Source: Eledone cirrhosa (lineage: Eukaryota). From it: a DNA stretch of 64,000 bases. This document shows, in pieces, positions 24,792-37,260 of this stretch. The position numbers were made by a program, and so were the translations under genes. Below the pieces are notes generated by a model, which saw nothing but the letters and a program-made list of their open reading frames with translations, ran no database searches and was not told the origin of the DNA. The stretch covers positions 6,262,001 through 6,326,000 of the forward strand of contig OZ024760.1 of the NCBI GenBank assembly GCA_964016885.1, written 5' to 3'. Each line of letters starts with the position of its first letter. Position 1 is the stretch's first letter.

Positions 24792-24857
24792 TATTTTATC
24801 TGATGAAAGCACACCATAATTTGCCTTGGTTGCCCTTGAAATATATATAATAAAATA
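24792..24857 (+). ncRNA. Type I hammerhead motif (family H2)
   Basis: TATTTTAT-CTGATGA(24800-24806)-imperfect stem II-GAAA-TATATA-TA-ATAAAATA. Confidence 0.72.
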
Positions 24858-24960
24858 ATTATGGTTTTATAAATATAGTTTCCATTTATTAATATATTGT
24901 ATATATATATATATATATTTTTTTTTTTTAGTTATGTAATAAACAACATAAGATAATTAT

Positions 24961-25018
24961 TTCATTTACCAGTGGTTTCTTGAAAGCAGATAAATCTGCT
25001 TTCAGTCGTCAGAATGAA
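24961..25018 (-). ncRNA. Type I hammerhead motif (family H3)
   Basis: Minus strand: TTCATT-CTGACGA-c-TGAAAGCAGAT/ATCTGCTTTCA-a-GAAA-CCACTGG-TA-AATGAA. Confidence 0.78.
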
Positions 25019-25113
25019 TAAAACATGGTGTTTTTATTAAATGTGGATTTGCAAACAAAATATAAGAAATATGAAAGTGAGGCTAAGGAAACAACGGGCA
25101 AAGAAGAAAAGGA

Positions 25114-25198
<85 letters not shown>

Positions 25199-25238
25199 CG
25201 ATATTAACAAATGGAAACTATATTTATAAAACCATATT

Positions 25239-25303
25239 TATTTCATTATACATATTTCAAGGATACCAAGTTATATTATGGTATGCCTTCATCAGACAAA
25301 ATA
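25239..25303 (-). ncRNA. Type I hammerhead motif (family H2, inverted copy)
   Basis: Minus strand: TATTTTGT-CTGATGA-AGGCATACCA..TGGTATCCTT-GAAA-TATGTA-TA-ATGAAATA. Confidence 0.72.
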
Positions 25304-25616
25304 CAATATATACCAGTTTTATAAATAAACATTGACGTACCCTTTCAAAATGCGACCGTTACTTTTGGAAGAGATCAGGGTAGTGGTTTGTTTATTTTAG
25401 TAAATCGTAGTGTTAAGGATAAGTAAAAAGACGGAGAGAGAGAGAGAAACGTGGAGAAAAGAAAGGGAGAGATAAATAAAGAAAAAGAGGAAAGAAAAAA
25501 AGAAAACAGGAAAACAACAGAGAGATATCAAACTTGTCGAGGGCTTTATATCAGTTATAAAAATATTTACTTGTTGTATCCCAACAATTTAAATAGAACT
25601 TTTGCATATATCTATA

Positions 25617-25685
<69 letters not shown>

Positions 25686-25688
25686 ATG

Positions 25689-25720
<32 letters not shown>

Positions 25721-25761
25721 TATATATAAAATAAATAAACAACCATGCGCATATACTTAAA

Positions 25762-25882
25762 AGAAACCACTGGTAAATGAAATAATTATCTTATGTTGTT
25801 TACTACATAACTAATAAGCTCTGTAACCTACATAGAGCACTCTTTTTTCCTGTACCTTTCCGACGGAATTACTTCATTCTTA
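25762..25882 (+). mobile_element. 5'-truncated family H3 element starting at the GAAA box
   Basis: Matches 61215-61335. Confidence 0.75.
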
Positions 25883-25899
25883 TATATATATATATATAT

Positions 25900-26234
25900 T
25901 TCATCATCATCATCATCATTTTACGTCCGCTTTTCCCTGCTTGCAAGGGTGGGACGGGAACTGATTCTGGCTTGATTTCTACAGCTGGATGCCCTTCCTA
26001 ACACCAACCTCATTTACAGTGAGTGCTGGGGGCTTTTTGCCGTGGCACCTCCACGACCACTTTACAGTGGAATGATAGGGACACCAGTCCCTATCATCTC
26101 ATTTCTACAGCTGAGTAAACTGGAGCAATGTGAAATAAAGTGTCTTGCTCAAGGAAACAACACATCACCTGGTGTGAGAATTGAACTCACAACCTTTCGA
26201 GTGCAAGGCCAATGCTCTAACCACTAAGCCATGT
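25900..26234 (-). mobile_element. SINE family A, full length
   Basis: Colinear with 4216-4558. Confidence 0.9.
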
Positions 26235-26425
26235 GTCTCCATATATATATATAGTGATCAAATATTAAAAATCACTGGAAGCAAGTATATATATACACAC
26301 ACATACACAGGCATACATGAGTGCATATTTGTGTTTGTGGTGACTTTTAATTAATGAAAACTAGAAATGTTGGCTGTTGACAAAGTCATTAATATTGGCA
26401 TCCTATATTGGAACTGGCAATGGAA

Positions 26426-26541
26426 TTAATATCTTAATTGGAATTTTGCTCTTGGAAATGATTGGAATTGTTCTGTTTTGAAGTCTTTTAGATCATCACC
26501 TTGCTTCACTTCATTGACTTTTACTTTGGTCAGTTTCACCA
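26426..26541 (-). other. Candidate terminal coding exon
   Basis: Minus-strand acceptor TTCTAACAG| then VKLTKVKVNEVKQGDDLKDFKTEQFQSFPRAKFQLRY*. Unique sequence, no family recognised. Confidence 0.22.
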
Positions 26542-26572
26542 CTGTTAGAATTTGAATTATTGTTATTATTAG

Positions 26573-27945
26573 GATGGTGGTTTGGCAGATTGGTAGAGGG
26601 TCGGACGTTATGCTTTGCAGCATAGAATTACGGCCCTTTATGATCTGAGTTCAAAACCTGCCGAGGTTAACTTTGCCTTTCATCCTAACGGTCATTGATG
26701 TTATTTAACTGGAAATTTGTTGAAATAAACATCAAGCCGTTACCTGCAGCCTCAGATATTCAGGATGTATCGGAGGGTTGTTGCTGTTCCCAGCAAGCAT
26801 AATCGTTTGAAGTGTTCCAAAAATGGAGACTGGAATAATGTTGTTTAACCATCCTTGGAAACTCTTTGAGATAGTACCTAGCGCTCCTATGACAATCGGG
26901 ATGACCTTGATCTCATCTCAGTCCCAAATCCTTTTTTAATTCCCACATTAAATCCTGGTATCGGTTAATTTTCTCCTCCATTTCTTGCACTCTTGTGTCA
27001 AAGAGACAGGCTACATCTACAAATAGGGCGGTGGATTGGTGTAGGGTGGTGGAGTGGCAGAATCAGTAGAGGGTCGGACAACATTCTTAGCGGCATAGAG
27101 TTACGCCTCTTTACGTTCTGAGTTGAAATCCCGCCGAGGTTAACTTTGCCTTTCATCCTTATGGTCATTGATGTTATTTAACTGGAAAGTTTGTTGAAAT
27201 GAACATCAAGCCGTTACCTGCAGCCTCAGATATTCAGGATGTATCGGAGGGTTGTTGCTGTTCCCAGCAAGCATACCGTTTGAAGTGTTCCAAAAATGGA
27301 GACTGGACTAATGTTCTTTAGCCATCCTTGGAAACTCTTTGAGATAGTACCTAGCGCTCCTATGACAATCGGGATGACTTTGATCTCATCTCAGTCCCAA
27401 ATCCTTTTTTAATTCCCACATTAAATCCTGGTATCGGTTAATTTTCTCCTCCCTTTTTCTTGCACTCTTGTGTCAAAGAGACAGGCTACATCTACAAATA
27501 GGGCGGTGGGTTGGTGTAGGGTGGTGGAGTGGCAGAATCGGTAGAGGGTCGGACAATATTCTTAGCGGCATAGAGTTACGCCTCTTTACTTTCTGAGTTG
27601 AAATCCCGCCGAGGTTAGCTTTGCCCTTCATTTTTACAGGGACAATAAAATAAAGTACCAGTAATGCACTGGGGTCGACTTAAATAACTTCCCCCCCCCC
27701 CAAATTGCTGGCCTTGTGCCTATATAAGAAACATTCCCGTTGAGATTAACTTTGCCTTTCATCCTTACGGGGGTTGATAAAATAAAGTACCAGTAATGCA
27801 CTGGGTAATTGCTGGCCTTGTGCCAAAAGTAGAAACAATTATTACAATGCGGTTGATTGGCAGAATCGGTAGATAGAGCCTCAGACATTGTTAGCGGCAT
27901 AGAGTTACGGCCCTTTACGTTCTGAGTACAAATCCTGCCGAGCTG
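26573..27945. mobile_element. ~473-bp tandem duplication of a SINE B head plus an R4/Dong-like LINE endonuclease fragment, followed by more SINE B pieces
   Basis: Duplicated segments start at 26690 and 27163. Minus strand reads VDVACLFDTRV..EKINRYQDL.WELKRIW..IKVIPIVIGALGTI, a restriction-like endonuclease C-terminus, with stops. Confidence 0.78.
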
Positions 27946-28054
27946 ATGGCAGTGGTGGTCATTATGATGGTGGTAATAGTAGTAGTAGTGGTGGTAGTGA
28001 TGTTAGTTGTAGTGGCTGCGGTGGTGGTACTACTACTACTACTACTACTACTAC

Positions 28055-28088
<34 letters not shown>

Positions 28089-28184
28089 GTAAAGAGGAGT
28101 CAGAATATCCTTATTCTGACAACAAATACAAAATAATTACATTTGCTATCAAATAACTGTGAAGAGCCACTTTCTGTCAAGATG

Positions 28185-29935
28185 TCTCCATCTCTCTTCC
28201 CCATCTCACTCTCCATCTTTCTCTCCCATCTCTCTCTCCCATCTCTCTCTCCCATCTCTCTCCCATCTCTCTCCCATCTCTCTTCCCCATCTCACTCTCC
28301 ATCTCTCTTCCCCATCTCACTCTCCATCTTTCTCTCCCATCTCTCTCTCCCATCTCTCTCTCCCATCTCTCTTCCCCATCTCACTCTCCATCTCTCTTCC
28401 CCATCTCACTCTCCATCTTTCTCTCCCATCTCTCTCTCCCATCTCTCTCTCCCATCTCTCTCCCATCTCTCTCCCATCTCTCTCCCATCTCTCTCCCATC
28501 TCTCTCCCATCTCTCTTCCCCATCTCACTCTCCATCTCTCTTCCCCATCTCACTCTCCATCTCTCTCTCCCATCTCTCTCTACCATCTCTCTTCCCCATC
28601 TCACTCTCCATCTCTCTTCCCCATCTCACTCTCCATCTTTCTCTCCCATCTCTCTCTCCCATCTCTCTTCCTCATCTCACTCTCCATCTCTCTTCCCCAT
28701 CTCACTCTCCATCTTTCTCTCCCATCTCTCTCTCCCATCTCTCTTCCCCATCTCACTCTCCATCTCTCTTCCCCATCTCACTCTCCATCTTTCTCTCCCA
28801 TCTCTCTCTCCATCTCACTCCCCCATCTCACTCTCCATCTCTCTCTCCCATCTCTCTTCCCCATCTCACTCTCCATCTCTCTCCATCTCACTCCCATCTC
28901 TCTCCCATCTCTCTCCCCCATCTCTCTCCCATCTCTCTCTCCCATCTCTCTTCCCCGTCTCTCTCCCATCTCACTCTCCATCTCACTCTCCATCTCTCTC
29001 TCTATCTCACTCTCCATCTCACTCTCCATCTCTCTCTCTATCTCACTCTCCCATCTCTCTCCCATCTCACTCCCATCTCTCTCCCATCTCACTCTCCTAT
29101 CTCTCTCTCCCATCTCTCTCTCCCATCTCTCTCTCCTATCTCACTCTCCAATCTCACTCTCCCATCTCTCTCTCCATCTCTCTCTCCCATCTCTCTCTCC
29201 CATCACTCTCCCATCTCACTCTCCCATCTCTCTCTCCCATCTCTCTCACCCATCTCTCTCCCCATCTCTCTCTCCATCTCACTCTCCCATCTCTCTCTCC
29301 ATCTCTCTCTCCATCTCTCTCTCCATCTCACTCCCATCTCTCTCTCTCCATCTCTCTCTCCCATCTCACTCTCCCATCTCACTCTCCCATCTCACTCTCC
29401 ATCTCTCTCCCATCTCACTCTCCCATCTCACTCTCCATCTCTCTCTCCCATCTCACTCTCCATCTCACTCTCCCATCTCTCTCCCATCTCACTCTCCATC
29501 TCACTCTCCCATCTCACTCTCCCATCTCACTCTCCCATCTCACTCTCCCATCTCTCTCTCATCTCTCTCCCATCTCTCTCTGCATCTCACTCTCCCATCT
29601 CTCTCTGCATCTCACTCTCCCATCTCTCTCCCATCTCTCTCTCCATCTCACACTCCATCTCTCTCTCATCTCTCTCTCCCATCTCTCTCTCCATCTCACT
29701 CTCCATCTCTCTCCCATCTCTCTCTCATCTCTCTCCCATCTCACTCTCCCATCTCACTCTCCATCTTTCTCTCCCGTCTCTCTCCATCTCTCTCTCCCAT
29801 CTCACTCCATCTTTCTCTCCCATCTCTCTCCATCTCTCTCCCACCTCTCTCTCTCCATCTCTCTCTCTCCATCTCTCTCCCATCTCACTCTCCCATCTCT
29901 CTCTCCATACTCTCTCTCTGTCCTCTTTCCTCTAT
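28185..29935. repeat. ~1.75-kb pyrimidine-rich satellite (CCATCTC(A/T)CT..)
   Basis: The plus strand is almost free of G and consists of short variable units. Confidence 0.95.
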
Positions 29936-30302
29936 CACTCTCTCTCTGTCCTCTTTCCTCCCTCCTATCTCCCTCCCTCCCTCTGTAAAGAACCACTTTC
30001 TAACATGTCAAGATGTCTCCCCCCTCTCTCTCTCTCTCTCTCTCTCCCATCTCTCTCTCCACTCTTCTGCTCTCTCTCTCCCTCCCTACTATCTCACTCT
30101 CTCCTCTCTCACTTTCTCCATCCTCTCTCTCTCTCTCTCCCTTCTCTCTTTCCACCCTTCCCCCCACCACTCCTACTACCCCTGGGAGACACTAGCTCCA
30201 ACAACAACAACACAGTAAAAAGATCATCTAAATTAAATTTCAACATAACTTGATATCTGACAAGTGTTCATAATAAATAAATAATAATGGCTGACAATGG
30301 TG

Positions 30303-30344
<42 letters not shown>

Positions 30345-30412
30345 GTAATAATAACAATAACAGCAGCAGCAATAATAACAACAACAACAATAATAGCAGC
30401 AGCAGCAACAGC

Positions 30413-30455
<43 letters not shown>

Positions 30456-31222
30456 GCAGCAGCAATAATAACAACAACAACAACAATAACAATATCAACA
30501 ACAATAATAACAGCAGCAGCAGCAGCACCACCACCACCAACAACAACAACAACAACAACAGTAATAATAACACAACAACAATAATAACAACAACAACAAC
30601 AATAACAATATCAACAACAATAATAACAGCAGCACCACCACCACCAACAACAACAACAACAACAACAACAGCAGCAATAATAACAACAACAACAACAATA
30701 ACAATATCAACAACAATAATAACAGCAACAGCAGCAGCACCACCACCACCACCAACAACAACAACAGTAATAATAACACAACAACAATAATAACAACAAC
30801 AACAACAATAACAATATCAACAACAATAATAACAGCAACAGCAGCAGCACCACCACCACCACCAACAACAACAACAGTAATAATAACACAACAACAATAA
30901 TAACAACAACAACAACAATAACAATATCAACAACAATAATAACAGCAGCAGCAGCAGCACCACCACCACCACCACCACCACCACAACAACAACAGTAATA
31001 ATAACACAACAACAATAATAACAACAACAATAACAATATCAACAACAATAATAACATCAGCAGCAGCAGCAACAACAACAACATCCACAACAACAACAAC
31101 ATCCACAACAATAATAGCATCAACAATAATAATGACAACAACAACAATAACATCAATAACACCAACAACAATGACAACAACAACAGCCACATGACAATGA
31201 TGATGTTAGTAATGATTATTAA

Positions 31223-31254
<32 letters not shown>

Positions 31255-31259
31255 GGACA

Positions 31260-32012
31260 AGGGCGGTGGATTGGCAGTATCAGTAGACGGTCGGACGCCA
31301 TGCTTTGCCGCATAGAGTTACGTCCCTTTACGGTCAGTTCAAATCCTGCCGAGGTTGACTTTGCCTTTCATCCTTACCGGGTCGATAAAATAAAGTACCA
31401 GTAATGTACTGGGGTCAATTTAATCGACTTTCCCTTCCCTCAAAATTGCTGGCCTTCTGTCTAAATCAGAAGCTGTTATTATTATTATTGAGTTCAAATC
31501 CCACCGAGGTTAACTTTGCCTTTATCCTTACGGGGTCGTTAAAATAAAGTACCAGTAATACACTGGGGGTTGATTTAATCAACTTTCCCCTTCCTCCAAA
31601 TTACTGGCCTTGTGCCTATACTAGAAATCATTATTATTAGCAAGAATTGATCGACAAGTTCCCTGACTTCGCTTAACGAGTTGGATGGAGCTCGTCAAAT
31701 CAGACCAAGGAAGCAAATCTGTCAGTTGCAAATCCAGGCAGAAGGAGCAATAATATGTGAAATAAAGTGTCTTGCTGAAGGACATAACGCATCACCTGGT
31801 CTGGGAATTGAACTCACAACCTCAAGATTGCGAATCCAATTCTCTAACCACTCAGCCTTCACTTGAGGATTATTATTAATAATTATTACGATCTGAGTTC
31901 AAATCCCGCCGAGGTTGACTTTGCCTTTCATCCTTACGGGGTCGATAAAATAAAGTACCAGTAATGCACTGGGTGATTGCTGGCCTTGTGCCTAAAGTAG
32001 AAACAATTATTA
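31260..32012. mobile_element. Cluster of SINE B copies plus an inverted SINE A-like head
   Basis: B copies at 31260-31480, 31488-31638 and 31885-32012. Minus-strand tRNA/CORE-like head at about 31755-31860. Confidence 0.8.
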
Positions 32013-32589
32013 ATAATAATATTAATACTATTCCTTTTCTTTTTGCACTCCCCCCAACGGATTTCATTTTGTTTCATTATGATCCATCTCCCCCCCCCCC
32101 CCCCTCTCAATCTTTCATTGCCACCCTTCCCCCTCTTCATCCTCCTCTCTTTCCTACATGTTCTTCCCCCTCCCCTCCCCCTCCTCGCTTTCCTACATTT
32201 TCTTCTTCCTCCCCCTCTCCCCTTCCCCCTCTTCTCTTTCCTCCCCCCATGTCTCATCTTACTCCTTTCCTTCTACATAGTCCTTCCTTGTCTTCTCCCT
32301 CCTACATGGTCTCCTGCTTCCTCACCACCTCCTACCACACCCCTTTGCTACTTTCACTTTCACTTTTCAAAAACTGTGATTGACAGTTCAATATCAGCTG
32401 CTGTTTTATTTGTTTGTTTGTTTATTTGGTTTTATTGTGAGGGGGGGGGGGGGGGTTATTTTATTTTGTTTTTGTTTTTATTTTTATTTTTTATTTTTTA
32501 TTTATCAATAATAAGAATATCTTCTTGACTATTTCAAATTAGTATCTTATTAGTGAGTGGAACACTTCACCCCCACCCCTGCTATTGTG

Positions 32590-34330
32590 TGTGGTGTAGA
32601 GTGGTGCGTGTGTGTGTTCATTGTAGTGTGGTGCGGTTTGTGTGTGTGTGTGTGTAGAGTGGTGTGGTGCGGTTTGTGTGTGCTGTGGTATGGTGTGCTG
32701 TGGTGTGTGTGTGTGTGTGTAGAGTGGTGTGGTGCGGTTTGTGTGTGCTGTGGTATGCTGTGGTGTGTGTGTGTGTGTGTGTGTGTAGAGAGAGTGGTGT
32801 GGTGTGGTTTGTGTGTGCTGTGGTATGCTGTGGTGTGTGTGTGTGTGTGTGTAGAGTGGTGTGGTGCGGTTTGTGTGTGCTGTGGTATGGGGTGCTGTGG
32901 TGTGTGTGTGTGTGTGTGTGTGTAGAGTGGTGTGGTGCGGTTTGTGTGTGCTGTGGTATGCTGTGGTGTGTGTGTGTGTGTGTGTGTAGAGAGAGAGTGG
33001 TGTGGTGTGGTTTGTGTGTGCTGTGGTATGGTGTGCTGTGGTGTGTGTGTGTGTGTAGAGTGGTGTGGTGTGGTTTGTGTGTGCTGTGGTATGGTGTGCT
33101 GTGGTGTGTGTGTGTGTGTAGAGTGGTGTGGTGCGGTTTGTGTGTGCTGTGGTATGCTGTGGTGTGTGTGTGTGTGTGTGTAGAGTGGTGTGGTGTGGTT
33201 TGTGTGTGCTGTGGTATGGTGTGCTGTGGTGTGTGTGTGTGTGTGTGTGTAGAGTGGTGTGGTGTGGTTTGTGTGTGCTGTGGTATGGTGTGCTGTGGTG
33301 TGTGTGTGTGTGTGTAGAGTGGTGTGGTGTGGTTTGTGTGTGCTGTGGTATGCTGTGGTGTGTGTGTGTAGAGAGAGTGGTGTGGTGTGGTTTGTGTGTG
33401 CTGTGGTGTGTGTGTAGAGTGGTGTGGTGTGGTTTGTGTGTGCTGTGGTATGCTGTGGTGTGTGTGTGTGTGTGTGTGTGTGTAGAGTGGTGTGGTGTGG
33501 TTTGTGTGTGCTGTGGTATGCTGTGGTGTGTGTGTGTGTGTGTGTAGAGTGGTGTGGTGTGGTTTGTGTGTGCTGTGGTATGCTGTGGTGTGTGTGTGTG
33601 TGTGTGTGTAGAGTGGTGTGGTGTGGTTTGTGTGTGCTGTGGTATGCTGTGGTGTGTGTGTGTGTGTAGAGTGGTGTGGTGTGGTTTGTGTGTGCTGTGG
33701 TATGGTGTGCTGTGGTGTGTGTGTGTGTAGAGTGGTGTGGTGTGGTTTGTGTGTGCTGTGGTGTGTGTGTGTGTGTAGAGTGGTGTGGTGCGGTTTGTGT
33801 GTGCTGTGGTATGCTGTGGTGTGTGTGTGTGTGCTGTGTGTGTAGAGTGGTGTGGTGTGGTTTGTGTGTGCTGTGGTATGCTGTGGTGTGTGTGTGTGTG
33901 TAGAGTGGTGTGGTGTGGTTTGTGTGTGCTGTGGTATGCTGTGGTGTGTGTGTGTGTGTGTGTGTGTAGAGTGGTGTGGTGTGGTTTGTGTGTGCTGTGG
34001 TATGGTGTGCTGTGGTGTGTGTGTGTGTAGAGTGGTGTGGTGTGGTTTGTGTGTGCTGTGGTATGGTGTGCTGTGGTGTGTGTGTGTGTGTAGAGTGGTG
34101 TGGTGCGGTTTGTGTGTGCTGTGGTATGCTGTGGTGTGTATGTGTGTGTGTAGAGTGGTGTGGTGTGGTTTGTGTGTGCTGTGGTATGGTGTGCTGTGGT
34201 GTGTGTGTGTGTAGAGTGGTGTGGTGCGGTTTGTGTGTGCTGTGGTATGCTGTGGTGTGTGTGTGTGTGTGTGTAGAGTGGTGTGGTTTGTGTGTGCTGT
34301 GGTATGGTGTGCTGTGGTGTGTGTGTGTGT
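32590..34330. repeat. GT-rich compound minisatellite I
   Basis: AGAGTGGTGTGGTG(C/T)GGTTTGTGTGTGCTGTGGTATG..CTGTG followed by variable (GT)n. Confidence 0.95.
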
Positions 34331-37260
34331 GTGGCGTGTGGTATGTGTTCATTGTGGTGTGTGTGTGTGTGTGGCGTGTGGTATGTGTTCATTGTGGTGT
34401 GTGTGTGTTGTGGCGTGTGGTATGTGTTCATTGTGGTGTGTGTGTGTGTGTGGCGTGTGGTATGTGTTCATTGTGGTGTGTGTGTGTGGCGTGTGGTATG
34501 TGTTCATTGTGGTGTGTGTGTGTGAGGCGTGTGGTATGGGTTCATTGTGGTGTGTGTGTGTGTGGCGTGTGGTATGTGTTCATTGTGGTGTGTGTGTGTG
34601 TGTGTGGCGTGTGGTATGTGTTCATTGTGGTGTGTGTGTGTGTGTGGCGTGTGGTATGTGTTCATTGTGGTGTGTGTGGCGTGTGGTATGTGTTCATTGT
34701 GGTGTGTGTGTGTGTGGCGTGTGGTATGGGTTCATTGTGGTGTGTGTGTGTGTGGCGTGTGGTATGTGTTCATTGTGGTGTGTGTGTGGCGTGTGGTATG
34801 TGTTCATTGTGGTGTGTGTGTGTGTGGCGTGTGGTATGTGTTCATTGTGGTGTGTGTGTGTGTGGCGTGTGGTATGTGTTCATTGTGGTGTGTGTGTGTG
34901 TGGCGTGTGGTATGGGTTCATTGTGGTGTGTGTGTGTGTGTGACGTGTGGTATGTGTTCATTGTGGTGTGTGTGTGTGTGTGGCGTGTGGTATGGGTTCA
35001 TTGTGGTGTGTGTGTGTGGCGTGTGGTATGTGTTCATTGTGGTGTGTGTGTGTGTGGCGTGTGGTATGGGTTCATTGTGGTGTGTGTGTGTGGCGTGTGG
35101 TATGTGTTCATTGTGGTGTGTGTGTGTGTGTGGCGTGTGGTATGTGTTCATTGTGGTGTGTGTGTGTGTGGCGTGTGGTATGTGTTCATTGTGGTGTGTG
35201 TGTGTGTGGCGTGTGGTATGGGTTCATTGTGGTGTGTGTGTGTGTGGCGTGTGGTATGTGTTCATTGTGGTGTGTGTGTGTGTGGCGTGTGGTATGTGTT
35301 CATTGTGGTGTGTGTGTGTGTGTGGCGTGTGGTATGTGTTCATTGTGGTGTGTGTGTGGCGTGTGGTATGGGTTCATTGTGGTGTGTGTGTGTGTGTGGC
35401 GTGTGGTATGTGTTCATTGTGGTGTGTGTGTGGCGTGTGGTATGTGTTCATTGTGGTGTGTGTGTGTGTGGCGTGTGGTATGTGTTCATTGTGGTGTGTG
35501 TGTGTGTGGCGTGTGGTATGGGTTCATTGTGGTGTGTGTGTGTGTGTGGCGTGTGGTATGGGTTCATTGTGGTGTGTGGTGTGTGTGGCGTGTGGTATGT
35601 GTTCATTGTGGTGTGTGTGTGGCGTGTGGTATGTGTTCATTGTGGTGTGTGTGTGTGTGGCGTGTGGTATGTGTTCATTGTGGTGTGTGTGTGTGTGGCG
35701 TGTGGTATGGGTTCATTGTGGTGTGTGTGTGTGTGTGGCGTGTGGTATGTGTTCATTGTGGTGTGTGTGTGTGTGTGGCGTGTGGTATGGGTTCATTGTG
35801 GTGTGTGGTGTGTGTGGCGTGTGGTATGTGTTCATTGTGGTGTGTGTGTGGCGTGTGGTATGTGTTCATTGTGGTGTGTGTGTGTGTGGCGTGTGGTATG
35901 TGTTCATTGTGGTGTGTGTGTGTGTGGCGTGTGGTATGGGTTCATTGTGGTGTGTGTGTGTGTGTGGCGTGTGGTATGGGTTCATTGTGGTGTGTGGTGT
36001 GTGTGGCGTGTGGTATGTGTTCATTGTGGTGTGTGTGTGGCGTGTGGTATGTGTTCATTGTGGTGTGTGTGTGTGTGGCGTGTGGTATGTGTTCATTGTG
36101 GTGTGTGTGTGTGTGGCGTGTGGTATGGGTTCATTGTGGTGTGTGTGTGTGTGTGGCGTGTGGTATGTGTTCATTGTGGTGTGTGTGTGTGTGTGGCGTG
36201 TGGTATGGGTTCATTGTGGTGTGTGGTGTGTGTGGCGTGTGGTATGTGTTCATTGTGGTGTGTGTGTGGCGTGTGGTATGTGTTCATTGTGGTGTGTGTG
36301 TGTGTGGCGTGTGGTATGTGTTCATTGTGGTGTGTGTGTGGCGTGTGGTATGGGTTCATTGTGGTGTGTGTGTGTGTGTGGCGTGTGGTATGTGTTCATT
36401 GTGGTGTGTGTGTGTGTGGCGTGTGGTATGGGTTCATTGTGGTGTGTGTGTGTGTGGCGTGTGGTATGTGTTCATTGTGGTGTGTGTGTGTGTGTGGCGT
36501 GTGGTATGTGTTCATTGTGGTGTGTGTGTGTGGCGTGTGGTATGTGTTCATTGTGGTGTGTGTGTGTGTGTGGCGTGTGGTATGTGTTCATTGTGGTGTG
36601 TGTGTGTGTGTGGCGTGTGGTATGTGTTCATTGTGGTGTGTGTGTGTGTGTGGCGTGTGGTATGTGTTCATTGTGGTGTGTGTGTGTGTGGCGTGTGGTA
36701 TGGGTTCATTGTGGTGTGTGTGTGGCGTGTGGTATGTGTTCATTGTGGTGTGTGTGTGTGTGGCGTGTGGTATGTGTTCATTGTGGTGTGTGTGTGTGGC
36801 GTGTGGTATGTGTTCATTGTGGTGTGTGTGTGTGTGTGGCGTGTGGTATGGGTTCATTGTGGTGTGTGTGTGTGTGGCGTGTGGTATGGGTTCATTGTGG
36901 TGTGTGTGTGTGTGGCGTGTGGTATCTGTTCATTTCGGTGTGTGTGTGGCGTGTGGTATGTGTTCATTGTGGTGTGTGTGTGGTGTGTGGTATGTGTTCA
37001 TTGTGGTGTGTGTGTGTGTGGTATGGGTTCATTGTGGTGTGTGTGTGTGTGGCGTGTGGTATGTGTTCATTGTGGTGTGTGTGTGTGTGGCGTGTGGTAT
37101 GTGTTCATTGTGGTGTGTGTGTGTGTGTGGCGTGTGGTATGTGTTCATTGTGGTGTGTGTGTGTGTGGCGTGTGGTATGTGTGTGTGTGGCGTGTGGTAT
37201 GTGTTCATTGTGGTGTGTGTGTGTGTGTGGCGTGTGGTATGTGATCATTGTGGTGTGTGG
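34331..37260. repeat. GT-rich compound minisatellite II
   Basis: GGCGTGTGGTATG(T/G)GTTCATTGTG followed by variable (GT)n, period roughly 30-40 bp. Confidence 0.95.

Noticed and set aside
28143-30218. Ser/Leu/Pro/His-rich ORFs of 600-690 aa
   Set aside because: A pyrimidine satellite can hardly form stop codons, and overlapping frames are equally open.
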